The notes below the pieces were generated by a model. That model was not told where the DNA came from, searched no databases, and saw only the letters and a list, made by a program, of their open reading frames with translations. Source: Diplonema japonicum (lineage: Eukaryota > Protista > Euglenozoa: Diplonemea). From it: 64,000 bases of DNA. Positions 23,553 to 34,584 of this stretch are shown here, one piece after another (position 1 is the first letter of the stretch; every line of letters starts with the position of its first letter). Where the stretch lies: the NCBI GenBank assembly GCA_964019335.1, contig OZ025714.1, positions 310,001 through 374,000 of the forward strand, read 5' to 3'. The position numbers and the translations under genes were made by a program.

Positions 23553-24883
23553 TTAGAATTCAAAGGTCTCGGGGAGCAAATCGAAAGCAACATAAGAAGT
23601 GGAGAACTCCTTACACGCCTTCCTCAACGGAGCAAGCATCCCACCAGGCCCGCAGAAGAGGACGGCAACTTTTGTTTTCACCGGATTTAAGTGCATTCTC
23701 CTGCTGAAGGATTCCACAACCTGCCGGACATCCATCCTCCCCGACCCCGTCTGCAGCCTTGTGCGGTAAATCGTGAGCCCGTGCTTCTCCGTCATCGGGA
23801 CTATTTGGGTCACATCGTCGCGAACACTCCAGTGTGTTTCCAGCAAATACACAATCCTCCTGCGGCAAGCCTGGTCAATGACGGACGTGGCGATGGACCG
23901 CATAGGGGTGATACCTATCCCGCCAGCAATGAACAAAAAATGGCTTTACTTCTCGGAGTCAATGTCTATAGACGTGCACCCGTACGCACCGTCAAGAAGG
24001 ATTTTATGTTTCTCGTCCGGTTTTTGCAAAGCTAGCGACATAAGTCGCTGGCCCCAGTCACCCGCACAACGGATGTGGAACTTGGCAACAGGCCCTTCGC
24101 ACGGAGCGGACGAGAACGAAATAGGGTGCCACTGGAAACTCCCGATCTCCGGAATGGAAAGAAACACGTACTGCCCTGCCCTGTACCGCACCCCTTCCAC
24201 GGACACCTCCACGATGTTGGTCCCGATGATGTGGGTCAGCGTTCCTTCCTTCGGTTGGAACATTGAAGTGTACACCTTGCGGATGGTGATGTCAATGAGG
24301 AACAGCGCGATGCTGATGAAAATACCCTTTGCATGGTGCAGTACGAGGAACACGAGGTACAGGGTAAAGAACACCCATTGTGCGGAGAGGAACAAATCGT
24401 AGGCTCTCCGTCTGATGGGTGGCAGTGATGACAGAATAAGCATGACGGAGCACACCCCAGCGCAGAGTCCTGTCACGAGCCGTGCGTGATGATCAGATCT
24501 TGTGGCATCGCGGGAAACGAAAGCGATAACACCATGCAGGATGGCACTGTTGTTCGCCATTATCGCCGCCCTCTTGTGGTACGCTATCCTCCTTTCAAAC
24601 GGTATCCCGAACAGAAAGCTGAGCGGGGAGTTTCTTGCCGCCGTCGCGAAGGCCGCCATGAGGGGGATCTCGGCCAGTACTCCGCTTGTGTGGGTGTCCC
24701 ATTTGCAGATGCTGAGCGCCATTACCTTCGCCAGCAGGATGAATAGGATGATCTCACCTAATGTTATCCCCTGAAGATAACACGCTGCAAAGGGTGCGCC
24801 ATGACCCACCTCGCTCTTAAAGCACACCGCCACGAAGCCGATGTGTCCTCATACGGTGTCCACTGCTTCACCTCGATGTACAT
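23553..24883 (-). pseudogene. Ferric reductase / NADPH oxidase-like (FRE/NOX) gene with a frameshift and an in-frame TAA
   Basis: Heme-ligand-type His in the TM region, GQYVFL...QWHPISFSS (FAD), DGAYG, FIAGGIGITP (NADPH), FCGP, terminal ETFEF. In-frame stop DSEK*SHFLFIAGG at 23946-23948. Frameshift near 24770 between MYIEVK...LQRVIF and GITLGE. Confidence 0.82.
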
Positions 24884-25044
24884 TTGCGTGTTTTTCTTTT
24901 GTCAAAAAGATTCAAAGAACCTAAAAAAAATATGATTTTTTATTTTATTCATGGGGGGCATTAAAAAAAAGAATGAATGATAAAAAAAAAAAAAAAAAAA
25001 AAAACTGATAGCGGAGGATGTGAGTAAAAAACAAAAAAAAAAAA

Positions 25045-26199
25045 TCAAACGTACACAACGTTCTCCCTTGTGATGGGTCTCATGCAGTCCCCGCCCATGG
25101 CGTTCTTGAGATCGGCTTCCAAGGTCTCCGGAACAGGGTAAGCTTCCTTCCCCTTATTATTCTGCAGAACGAACACACCACTGTCGTACGAAGACGGGCG
25201 GTGGAGGGCAGGACGGATATACTGTGCACCGTCCGTGAAAGAATGCTGCCGAGCAGAGATAGTGAAGGACGACACAAGGTGGGGGGACGTGGTAAGCTGT
25301 GTCCACGCTTGTACTTCCTTCCAAACGGGAACTATAACAACAAAGCTCAACGCCCCTGTTGCACTGCTCAGCAACATATCTATATGCTCCGCGCAAGCCG
25401 TCATAGTCTCTGGGACAAACGGCGGGTTAGCTTCATAAGAACCTTCCTGGGGCGAAATGTCGAAGAAATTCCCCAAGCTCCCGAATACAGCATCCGTGTC
25501 AGGAAATGCCGAGCAGTACTTTCTGTACCTGCAGTTCAACGGAGACGCGAAAGCCTCGCAAGTGACGTTCATTGATTTATGAAGTACATCGAAAGCTTCC
25601 CCAGTAAGCCCTGCTTGGTACCCATGGCCACCTAGTGAGTCGTATCGTAGAACTACCTTGAACACATCGCTGTCGAAGGATTCTTCTGAGCCTTTGTGGA
25701 GTTTCCATAGTTTTTCGTAATGGGTGTTGTTGATGCTTTGGTATGCCTTTTTCGAGGCGGGGTGGAGGTTTATTTTGTCCCAGAGTTGTTCTTTCGTGAC
25801 GGCGTTGTCGCTTTCGGGTGCTTCTGGGGCGTTTTTTAGTGCCGCTCTGCATTTCTCGGTCATTTTTCGCATGGGTTTTGCGATTGCGACTGGGTCCCGG
25901 ATGCCGCCGCGAAGAAGGTCTTTTAAGAGTGCGCCGTCTTCTGCACCGCATGGTAGTAACGGGTCGCCCTTGTCCTGCAGCAGGCTTCGCGCGTGCCACC
26001 TTTCGAAGCACAGAAGCGGGGGTTTCACGCCCTGTTTTTTGCACTCTCTCACTAGCGCTGTTCTTAGGTTCTTGACTCTCGCCGCTCGGTGGATCTCTAC
26101 CGCTACCGTTGTCTCCGGGATGCTCAGCTCGTCTTTCTTCGGTTTTTTGGTGACGTCGGCGTGCTCGACATCTTCATCTAAAAGCTTTCGTTTGTTCAT
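25045..26199 (-). CDS. PCIF1: PCIF1/CAPAM-like N6-adenosine methyltransferase
   Basis: EAFASPLNC...YCSAFPDTDAVFGSLGNFF...GSYEANPPF...ALSFVVIVPVW, the PCIF1 catalytic domain with the NPPF motif. Confidence 0.85.
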   Translation of the reverse strand: MNKRKLLDEDVEHADVTKKPKKDELSIPETTVAVEIHRAARVKNLRTALVRECKKQGVKPPLLCFERWHARSLLQDKGDPLLPCGAEDGALLKDLLRGGIRDPVAIAKPMRKMTEKCRAALKNAPEAPESDNAVTKEQLWDKINLHPASKKAYQSINNTHYEKLWKLHKGSEESFDSDVFKVVLRYDSLGGHGYQAGLTGEAFDVLHKSMNVTCEAFASPLNCRYRKYCSAFPDTDAVFGSLGNFFDISPQEGSYEANPPFVPETMTACAEHIDMLLSSATGALSFVVIVPVWKEVQAWTQLTTSPHLVSSFTISARQHSFTDGAQYIRPALHRPSSYDSGVFVLQNNKGKEAYPVPETLEADLKNAMGGDCMRPITRENVVYV

Positions 26200-26578
26200 T
26201 TTTTTTTTTTTTTTTACCGTCCCCGTATTCGCCCTTTTATTTTTTGTTTTTTGTTTTGGTGGGTAAACAGAAGAAATAAAAGAGAAAAAAAAGGGGGGTA
26301 AAAAAAAGTTAAGGAAAAAGCGCGGAAATTTACCTGCAAATAAAAAAAAAAAAAAAAAAAAAAAACGAAAAAGGAAGAGGAGAAAAAAAAAAAGATAAAA
26401 ATAAGAAAGATGTCCAAGAAAGGGGGAGGGGCATAAAAAAAAACAAAAGGAGACCCTCCCCCCAACCCCCTTTAAATAACTTCTACCTTTTTTTTTTCAT
26501 TTTATCTTTTTTTTTTTTCCTCCGGAAAAAAAAAACTTTGGAGTATTTTTTTTTTTTTTTTTTTTCGAAAAAAAAAAC

Positions 26579-26615
<37 letters not shown>

Positions 26616-26688
26616 TACGTTGCCATTATTTATATGCTCAAACAACGTTTTTTTTTTTTTTTTTTTTTTTTTTATCTTCCTCCTTTAT

Positions 26689-27371
26689 TTAAGACAGCCC
26701 AACGACGGTACCATCATCTTCCACGTCAATGCAATAGTACGCGGGTCTGGTAGGCAGCCCTGGCATGGTAGAAATGTCCCCAAGAAGCGGGAAGACAAAG
26801 CGAGCTCCGCAGTTAACTCGGATGTCTTTGATAGGAACCGTGAAGCCCGTTGGGGCGCCCTTGAGGTCGGGGTTGTGCGAGAAACTGTATTGGGTCTTCG
26901 CCATGCAGATGGGATAGCCCCCGTAACCGACGGCTTCAAAGCGGGCCAGCTTTTCCTCCACTTCTGGGGTGTAGGTGCATCCATCAGCACCGTAGATTTC
27001 CTTACAAATTGCTTCGATCTTTCCCTTCAGGGGCATTTCGTCAGGGTAGGTGAATTTGAAATCGGGGGCGATACGAGTTGCTCTCACCAAGGCGGCAGCA
27101 GCGTCCACAGCCCCCTCTCCTCCTTTTTGCCAGTGATTCGATGTCACGCAATCGAAAGCGCCAGCTTCCTTGGCCAGTTTTGTGATGGCCTCGATCTCCT
27201 CATCCGTGTCGTTCACGAACCTGTTCAGAACGACGACAGCAGGGACGCCGAACTTCTTGAAGTTTTCGATGTGTTTTTTCAGGTTGGCAAACCCGGTTTT
27301 CACTGCCTCCACATCGGGCTTGGACGCCTCGGGGACCGTCTTCCCAGCGTGGAATTTCAACGCCCTCGCCT

Positions 27372-27414
<43 letters not shown>

Positions 27415-28810
27415 TTAAGTTTTTTTAAGTTTACCGTTGCGACAATGACGCCAGCATCGGGTTTCAAACCGGAGGCCCTGCATTTGATGTTGAAGAATTT
27501 CTCGCCTCCCATGTCCGCGCCGAAGCCTGCCTCGGTCAACACAAAACCGTCCTCACCGACAAGCTTCAAAGCGATCTCGTCGGCGACAATGGACGAGTTC
27601 CCGTGCGCGATGTTCCCAAAGGGCCCCGCGTGCACGAATACCTGGTGTGTGTTTTTATTTTTTATTTTTTTTATTTTTTGAACGTACCGGTGTGCCTTCG
27701 ATGGTTTGCATCAATGTGGGTTCGATCGTGTCCTTCAGCAAAGCGAGCATCGCGCCTGCACAGCCGATGTCGTCCGCCGTGACAGGATCGCCTTTTGTCG
27801 ACGTTGCGACCACGATGTTCCTCAACCGCTGACGGTAGTCCGTCATGTTCTTCGCAAGCGCAAGAATCGCCATTGTTTCTGAGGCGACAGCGATGTCATA
27901 CCCAGTCTCCCTGGTCTTTCCTTTTTCAGCGGGGCCCTGCCCGACGGTGATGTTGCGAAGGAAACGATCGTTAACATCGGTGACCCTTCTCCAGGAGATC
28001 GTGGAGGGGTCAATATCGAGGCGGGCGAAACGAATTTGTTCGTCTTTTGTCAGATCATTCGGGTCCGTCTTGGTAATGCCTAGTTTTGCAAGCCTGCGCA
28101 GCATTGGAGGTGCAAACTCTTTCTTTCCGTTTGGCAGTGTCACTAAGCGTCTGTACAAAGCATCATCAGGCTGTGTTTGTTCATGAAACACCCTTGTGTC
28201 AATGGCAGCAGCGAGAAGATTGTTAGCTGCGGTGATGGCGTGGATGTCGCCGGTTCCGTGCAGATTGAATTCTTCCATGGGAATTGCTTGGGCGTAACCT
28301 CCGCCTGCCGCACCGCCTTTAACACCAAAGGTTGGGCCTTGTGATGGTTGTCTTACGCATGCAAAGACTTTTCTTTCAAGATGAGCCCCGAGTGCTTGGG
28401 TTAACCCGATTGTGGTGGTGGATTTTCCTTCGCCCAGCGGGGTTGGGTTTATCCCGGCAACAACCACGTACTTCCCGTTTTTGTTGTGCTTCATGCTGTC
28501 CAGGACGCCAAGGGACACCTTTGCCTTGTGTTTCCCGTAGTAGTTTACATAGTCCTCGTCTAAATCCAGGCCTTCAGCGATTTTCTTAATGGGAAGCATG
28601 TGTTTTGCTCGTGTTTGTGCGATTTCGATATCCGACGGTACTGGGTACAACGCCTCGTTCGGCCTCAGCTTGTTGTGAACATGTGTAACACGGGCCATCT
28701 TTGCTGGTTTGGGACCGCCTGTTAGTGTTGACTTTTTTTTTCTTCTTCTTTTTTTTTTTTTTGTTGTTTTTTTTTTTGTTTTGTTTTTGCTAATACCCAC
28801 CTGATGCCAT
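26689..28810 (-). CDS. fhs: Formate-tetrahydrofolate ligase (FTHFS); 4 exons (introns 28719-28800, 27642-27687, 27370-27434)
   Basis: [65 protein letters not shown]. The introns restore GTP|VFVHAGP and VAT|ARALKFH. The first exon (MASG) is less certain. Confidence 0.93.
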
Positions 28811-28926
28811 TCTGCCCGTAAGCACTTTTCTTGTTGCGTTAAACGTTTTTTTTTTTTTTTTTTTTTTTTTTTTCCCTCTTTTTTTTTTTTTAAAAGGTAG
28901 ATCATGGTTTCTTCAAGCGAAGCGAA

Positions 28927-28966
28927 CTGTGAAAAAAGAAAGAAAGAAAAAAAAAAAAAAGAAGAA
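28927..28966 (-). promoter_or_regulatory. Putative trans-splice acceptor (poly-Y plus CAG) of the FTHFS gene
   Basis: Minus strand ttcttcttttttttttttttctttctttcttttttcaCAG about 117 nt upstream of the ATG. Confidence 0.5.
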
Positions 28967-30424
28967 TAACATAAGGTTTGGTAGGAACAAAGGGGAGAAA
29001 AAAAAAGTAAAAAAAAATAAAGTAGGGGGGGGGAAGGGATCACTCTCTTATCTTGCAACTGGTATGCATAGGTAACTCACGATAAAAAAAAATAAAAAAT
29101 AAAAAATAAAAAGCGACAAGACTCCCACAGGTTTCTAACCAGGGAAGTCTTACACAACAGGCCTTGCTCGTTTCCTTTCTTGGCTTTAGAGATATTGAAA
29201 CCATTATAACATAAATGTATGATAAAAGGGGGGAGTGGGAGTAGGAAAAAATAGAAAGTATAAAAAAAAAAAAAAAGAAGAAGAAAAAAACACAAAAGAG
29301 GACATGCTAGTACCGTAATTCTTAATTATTTTTTACCCTGTTGTGCGTAGCCCTCTAGACGGTGCTAGAGCTATTGAGAGGGGCATTTTCTATTTTTGAA
29401 TTTCTTTTTTTTTTTTTCTTGTTATTATTGCTCAGGTGATTTAGTGCTAATTCAAAAACACGGTAGGTTTTCACTTTTTTTTTTTTAATTTCACTCTTCG
29501 TCATTTTCTTCACTACTAGGGACCTCATATTTAACTCGAATTATTTAACGCGAAATGGCCATTATTTAACTAGTTAAATAATAAGATTTTGGAGGTATAA
29601 TGGCGCTTCAGAGTGGAAAAAAATGTACCCAACCCCTTGAAAACTTTTTTGGGGTGAGGGGGTATTTTGACTATTTTTAGCCATCTGAGGCCATTTCGGC
29701 CCTTAAAAGTGGGAATAAAATGCTTAGCTTCCCCTTAAAATGCCACAGCGAAAAAGCTATCCCGTATTACCTTTAGGAAATCCCCCCCCCAAAAAAAAAG
29801 AAAGCTGACCCGTGTGAGGAAAACAGCAGTGAAGAGTGAGTGACTCAAATGACGAAGAAAGAAAAATAAAACGACTTACTTGCCGCCAAATAACAAAAGC
29901 CGCCTTTTTAGTTTTAGTTTTTTTTTCCCCTGTAAAAAAAAGGGGGGGGGGGCTTTTTTCTGAAATAATGAAAAGACAAGAAATGCAAGCAGGTGTGGCC
30001 TGTCCATCACCCCATCCAGCAATCAAATCACAGCAAAGGAAATCAAAGTGACGCTCACCAAGGGGTTGCAATAAGATGGAAGGAAACTTCGGCAGCACCC
30101 CCCCCCCCCCCCCCAATCTCTACAAAGAAACATACAACAAAGAAACACAACGTTTTTTTACCCCCTTTTTTTTCTGTGTTCGCCCCTCCCTTTGAAAAAG
30201 ATACCTCCCCCCCCCCCCCCCCCCCCCCACTCATGGTCAATTATACGGTATCTGTCAAATTTAAAAAAAAAAGAATCGTGTCCTGGAACTTTTAAAAAGG
30301 GGGAAAGTGCAATTAGACCATAATACCCCCTCCCCTCCCCCCCTTCTATAAATCCCACCCCAACCCCTTGCAATACGTTTTTTTTTTTTTTTTTCTTTTT
30401 TTTTTTTTTTTTCCCCCTTCTTCT

Positions 30425-32497
30425 TTACATCTTTCCACCTCGCAATTTGAAGAGATTGTTTGTGAGCTCAAGCACGGCAGTGGTGAGCTTGTTGACATCT
30501 TCCGTCTCAAGAAGTTCAGCAGCCTTTGCAACATTGAAGCCCGTGGTTCTAAGGGTGAACCTACAAGAGACCGGCCGGTGGTCGGACAGCCTAATAGAGT
30601 GCGCGGCGTACGAGTTCACAACAGGCACTAGATCGTTATGCGAAAGGTCGACAGTCCCAGGGGAAAGAGAGACCCGCTGGCTTCCACTGAGCGGTTTCTC
30701 AAACACGGCCTTGTAAGGGCCTGTCCCACCACCAAGGATCACATCGAAGTCCTCCGCAGAGTGAACGGTTACATTGTCAATGCTTGTTACGATCATATCC
30801 TTCATTACACCCAGTTCCACCGCGTTGCCTTTGACCTCTTTGACCATTAACCATGGACCTTCCATGCACACCTTAATGTCTCCAAGGTGTTCCGGGCCGA
30901 TCATGACGGAGACCTGGTGGCTTGGAAGAACGTCGGTTTTCAAACTGCCTCGAAGCATCGATTCCTCCATTGGGCCGGATTTCGCAATAGGTACTTCCAT
31001 TAAATTGGTGTACGCTGGGTTCATTCCAGGGGATGAGCATAATGGGATGCCCGATGGTGGGGAACGGTTGTGGTCCTTTACAGGCACGTTCCGACGAGAA
31101 GGGGAATGCTGGGGAATGTGATGGCTCGGATGGTCCGCGACCGACTTCCCGTGGTAGAAAGAGTGAGCTTGTTCATTGCACGAATAAAACGAGAAATAAT
31201 TGTAAACCGACGAGCCAGACGTCATTGGTAGTGCAAGGGAGCAATCTTCACTAATCGGTGTCGGGGGAGGATACACCGAGACAGGCCGCGACATAAACAA
31301 AACCCTGTCCGTCCATGAAGGCGACCGTTGCTTCGCTGATGAATCATAAAGATCAGTCCCTGGATCGTACTTATAGGTCGGGGGGAAAGTTATCGGGCAT
31401 TCTAAAAACTCCGAGAAAGCTGTGCTTGTAACCCGTGCTTGAGCAAGCTGATCCTTACTCAAAAGATCTTCAAGCCGGTTGTTCTTCACCATCGAACGGA
31501 CCATTGTGTTCTCTATATTCCATAAGCGATAGTTCAAATCGCCGAACCAAAACACGTAATCGTATTCATGAAGCAAACACCCATCATACGAAGGGATGTT
31601 CCCGTTGCTGTCGTCAGCGGGTGCCGGGGATACAGGGCCGTCTTCGTGATCGGATAAAACGGTTGAGGATGTGTCGTCGTCCTTCGTGTCGTGGCTGAGC
31701 ATTACCTGTGAAGGATATGGTGTCTCAGATGTGACTGACGGTCTGATCGGCCAGATATAATCGACAGGATCGTCAACAGAAAGGCTTGAAAACCGGAGTT
31801 CGGAGAGAATTCTGTCGTAACCTTTGTTTCTCCGGTGAACCCGTTCAGTGTGTGCTTCAAGGTGAGCGTTCAAAAGTAGAATCTTTCGTCCGCAACATGT
31901 CAATCGGACTGCGATTGCACCTTTATTGGCGTAGTTTCGTACTCCTATTCTGACAACGGACACCGCGACGTTTGAAGACTGCTCGGCGAGGGGTTCCTTT
32001 ATGAAAACCAATAGTAGGAGACCGGCTACTGATTTGGACACCAATTTTGTGTATTGTGAAATTTCGGATAATTGGCGGGTGATGAAGCCTTCCCAAACGC
32101 CGGCTTTGGGTGAAGTTTCTTCAAGGATGACACTTCCTGCAGACATGTCAACTTCTTGGATACCAACGGCGATTATATCAGCGCCGTTATCGATGTTGCC
32201 CGTCAGCCATTGTTTGTAATTTTCCGTTGATTCGTCCGAACGGGGTATTTTTTCGCCGACGTTGAAGGTGGCGGTGGAGACCGTTAGGTTTTTCAAGGAG
32301 CACACCCTCGCGTGGTTTTCCACCAGTATTTTGTTCATTTCCGCGCGTAGCTTCGCCTTGGCGTCGTTCAGCCTCTCCTCCACCCTTATCACCTCCTCCT
32401 CGTCCACGACAAATTCGTCCTCCGTTGGTACGCTTTTCCTTCTCTCCTTCTCCTTCGGCTTCTTCCTCAACCCGATCCAACTTAATATACCCGTCAT
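30425..32497 (-). CDS. Inositol polyphosphate 5-phosphatase with an internal insertion containing a PDZ-like domain
   Basis: TFNV, GIQEV, NKGAIAVR, NAHL, FWFGDLNYR, FPPTYKY, PSWTDRVLF, and a C-terminal SDHRPV. Confidence 0.9.
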   Translation of the reverse strand: MTGILSWIGLRKKPKEKERRKSVPTEDEFVVDEEEVIRVEERLNDAKAKLRAEMNKILVENHARVCSLKNLTVSTATFNVGEKIPRSDESTENYKQWLTGNIDNGADIIAVGIQEVDMSAGSVILEETSPKAGVWEGFITRQLSEISQYTKLVSKSVAGLLLLVFIKEPLAEQSSNVAVSVVRIGVRNYANKGAIAVRLTCCGRKILLLNAHLEAHTERVHRRNKGYDRILSELRFSSLSVDDPVDYIWPIRPSVTSETPYPSQVMLSHDTKDDDTSSTVLSDHEDGPVSPAPADDSNGNIPSYDGCLLHEYDYVFWFGDLNYRLWNIENTMVRSMVKNNRLEDLLSKDQLAQARVTSTAFSEFLECPITFPPTYKYDPGTDLYDSSAKQRSPSWTDRVLFMSRPVSVYPPPTPISEDCSLALPMTSGSSVYNYFSFYSCNEQAHSFYHGKSVADHPSHHIPQHSPSRRNVPVKDHNRSPPSGIPLCSSPGMNPAYTNLMEVPIAKSGPMEESMLRGSLKTDVLPSHQVSVMIGPEHLGDIKVCMEGPWLMVKEVKGNAVELGVMKDMIVTSIDNVTVHSAEDFDVILGGGTGPYKAVFEKPLSGSQRVSLSPGTVDLSHNDLVPVVNSYAAHSIRLSDHRPVSCRFTLRTTGFNVAKAAELLETEDVNKLTTAVLELTNNLFKLRGGKM

Positions 32498-32509
32498 TGT
32501 TTTATTATC

Positions 32510-32545
<36 letters not shown>

Positions 32546-32699
32546 GTTCGTTGCAAGGGAAAAGGAGGAGAAAAGTGGAAGGGGTTTCCCCCTCCTCCCC
32601 TCCTTTCTAACCCTCGCACTGTTGGGGATGGTTTTTTTTTTTTTTTTTTTTGCTGAAAATAAAAATTTTTTTGGGGGGGGGAAATATTTTTAAACACTT

Positions 32700-33731
32700 T
32701 TACATTAACACACATTCTCTGGTTTTTTTCTTAGCCTCTTTTTCAAAACCGGGCTCGGGGTTTGTGTACTTATTTGACTCAACGCGGCACCAGGAGGGAA
32801 GACCCGCCCCGGGTGCCACAAGGACGGGATCGCCCGGCTTCACATCACAATCTGCAAGGGGTGTTGAGGAAGGAACAGACGCCAGCGTGCGCAGATTGTA
32901 TGCAACAAGCTTTCGCGCAGGGTCCGTCTCGGTGAGGTTAGGGTTGGGTATCTCGGCGGCCCTGAGTGCGGTATCGACACTACGCCCTGCGACCCAATCT
33001 TTGTTGAAGTACATGTAGAGTGCTCTTTGGGGCCTGTTCTCCACTAGCAAGAACACAGCAAGCTGAAGTCTCTTCCCTGCAGAAATCGTTTTATCCCCAA
33101 TGGGTTGGAACTTCTTGTTGTCAAACTTCACATCCCCCCACCATGTCAGGCCTTCCGGTGGGTGGTGATCGGTTCCTTCCGGGTCGCATGGTGTGGCTTC
33201 TTGATCCAGTGGGGTTGCTGCTGCTACCTTTTCGGTCGTGTTTTCTTGAGCATTTTGAGTTTCTTCTTTTTCCTTTTTCGGAGCTGGGAAGTATTCCGGG
33301 ACTTTCCCGTCAATAGTCAGTATAAATTCTTCGTGAAGGCCGATTTTGAAACATTTTAACTCCTTGCTGCTTTGAAGCGGTTCATGGTTGCCGAGCCTTA
33401 CAAGGACTGCTTGTGGTCCGTCCTTCGGCATCTCCAACATGTAGCTCAGACGATCACATAGTTTCCCCACCAGCATTGTGTGTGGGAAATACATGTAGCA
33501 CGGGGGGGTCCCGTACTCTTCAGGAAAGTACAGCAGCATGAACGCCCTCTCCTCGTATATTACGTTCCCGTTACCGATGCTCGAGGCCTTTGTGTTTGTC
33601 GCTAGTTTTTTCAAATCCTTGTAAACTCTCACGGGTTCTTTCAAGGACCTCACCGCGGCCCCGAGAATCCTTCTGTCCTCTTCTTTCACATCGCGCCGCC
33701 AAGACTCCAAAGCGCTCCATTGGCTAGTCAT
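32700..33731 (-). CDS. Protein with two ZFAND1/Cuz1-type ubiquitin-like domains and a C-terminal CaaX motif
   Basis: Two copies of (A/P)IG...R...MYF.....G...D. It ends KKKTRECVLM*. The UBL assignment is from motif recall, not a search. Confidence 0.55.
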   Translation of the reverse strand: MTSQWSALESWRRDVKEEDRRILGAAVRSLKEPVRVYKDLKKLATNTKASSIGNGNVIYEERAFMLLYFPEEYGTPPCYMYFPHTMLVGKLCDRLSYMLEMPKDGPQAVLVRLGNHEPLQSSKELKCFKIGLHEEFILTIDGKVPEYFPAPKKEKEETQNAQENTTEKVAAATPLDQEATPCDPEGTDHHPPEGLTWWGDVKFDNKKFQPIGDKTISAGKRLQLAVFLLVENRPQRALYMYFNKDWVAGRSVDTALRAAEIPNPNLTETDPARKLVAYNLRTLASVPSSTPLADCDVKPGDPVLVAPGAGLPSWCRVESNKYTNPEPGFEKEAKKKTRECVLM

Positions 33732-33891
33732 CCCCCCCCCCCCCTTTTTTTTCTGGGTGTCTATACTCAGAAACAAATCGGCTGCAAAAAAGAACAACAA
33801 CAACAAAAAATCTCTTCTGGAAAGAAGGTGACCTCGTTTGGTTCTCTCTTTTTTTTTTTTTTTTTTCCTTTTTTTTTTTCCATGTCTTGCG

Positions 33892-34470
33892 TCAAATGTC
33901 TTTGTAAAGTTTTACTTCGTTCTGAAGATGCGCAACTGCAAGGGCCAACCGGGACAAGTCGACGGTCCCTCCCAGCGAGCCCGCTTTTGTATTTTTCAAC
34001 TTATTGGTGGTAACACCTGTCAATGGGGTGAGGTCGGGGATTGGAGCAAACTTGCTCAAGGTGGTTTCCAGCCTAGTTTTCTTGTCCCAGAGTCGCCTCG
34101 CCTCTGTATCGACCCAGTGCATGGTACTCTGCTTGGCTTTCATGAGTGTTGTGGGCTTGCCTAGGATGTCGATGACGAGGCCAACGTGAAGATGCCAGGG
34201 TTTCAAAGGTTGGCCTTTCTTATCGTGGACGACCACCCTCATAGGTACAGTGGAGTCGTCAACCATCACTTCGAAAAGCTCTTTGCTTGTATAATAGAGC
34301 ACCAGCATATACCTCTTCGTGTTCCCCTCACACCACCAGCTCTCGAATTCCAGCACTTCGGGGATGTTATTGATGTATCCTTCTAGTGATGTCCCTTCTC
34401 CTGCCTTGCTACATGTTAGAACGCCGAAGTCTTGTTGCTTGCCTCTCTGTCCTGCTGCAACGGGTGCCAT
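33892..34470 (-). CDS. DM10-like domain protein (possible flagellar component)
   Basis: VLEFESWW...RYMLVLYY...FEV...HLHVGLVIDILGKPTTL resembles DM10/NME7 N-terminal domains. Confidence 0.6.
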   Translation of the reverse strand: MAPVAAGQRGKQQDFGVLTCSKAGEGTSLEGYINNIPEVLEFESWWCEGNTKRYMLVLYYTSKELFEVMVDDSTVPMRVVVHDKKGQPLKPWHLHVGLVIDILGKPTTLMKAKQSTMHWVDTEARRLWDKKTRLETTLSKFAPIPDLTPLTGVTTNKLKNTKAGSLGGTVDLSRLALAVAHLQNEVKLYKDI

Positions 34471-34584
34471 GTCACTCTCCTTGTGTTTTCTTCTTTTTTC
34501 CCCCCTAAAGAATTATAAGGAGGGGAAAAAAAAAAAAGAGAGAAAAAAAAAAGAAAAAGAAAAAAAAAAAAGAGACATTTAAGG

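Noticed and set aside
23946-23948. Stop-codon reassignment (TAA read as Tyr)
   Set aside because: TAA, TAG and TGA all terminate intact genes here, the 11-kb dynein exon has no in-frame stops, and the same gene also has a frameshift.
29300-29760. Possible degenerate copy of the 41.6-kb palindromic element
   Set aside because: It shares only short words (ggcccttaaaa, ttttggggtg), and I could not establish a continuous alignment by eye.
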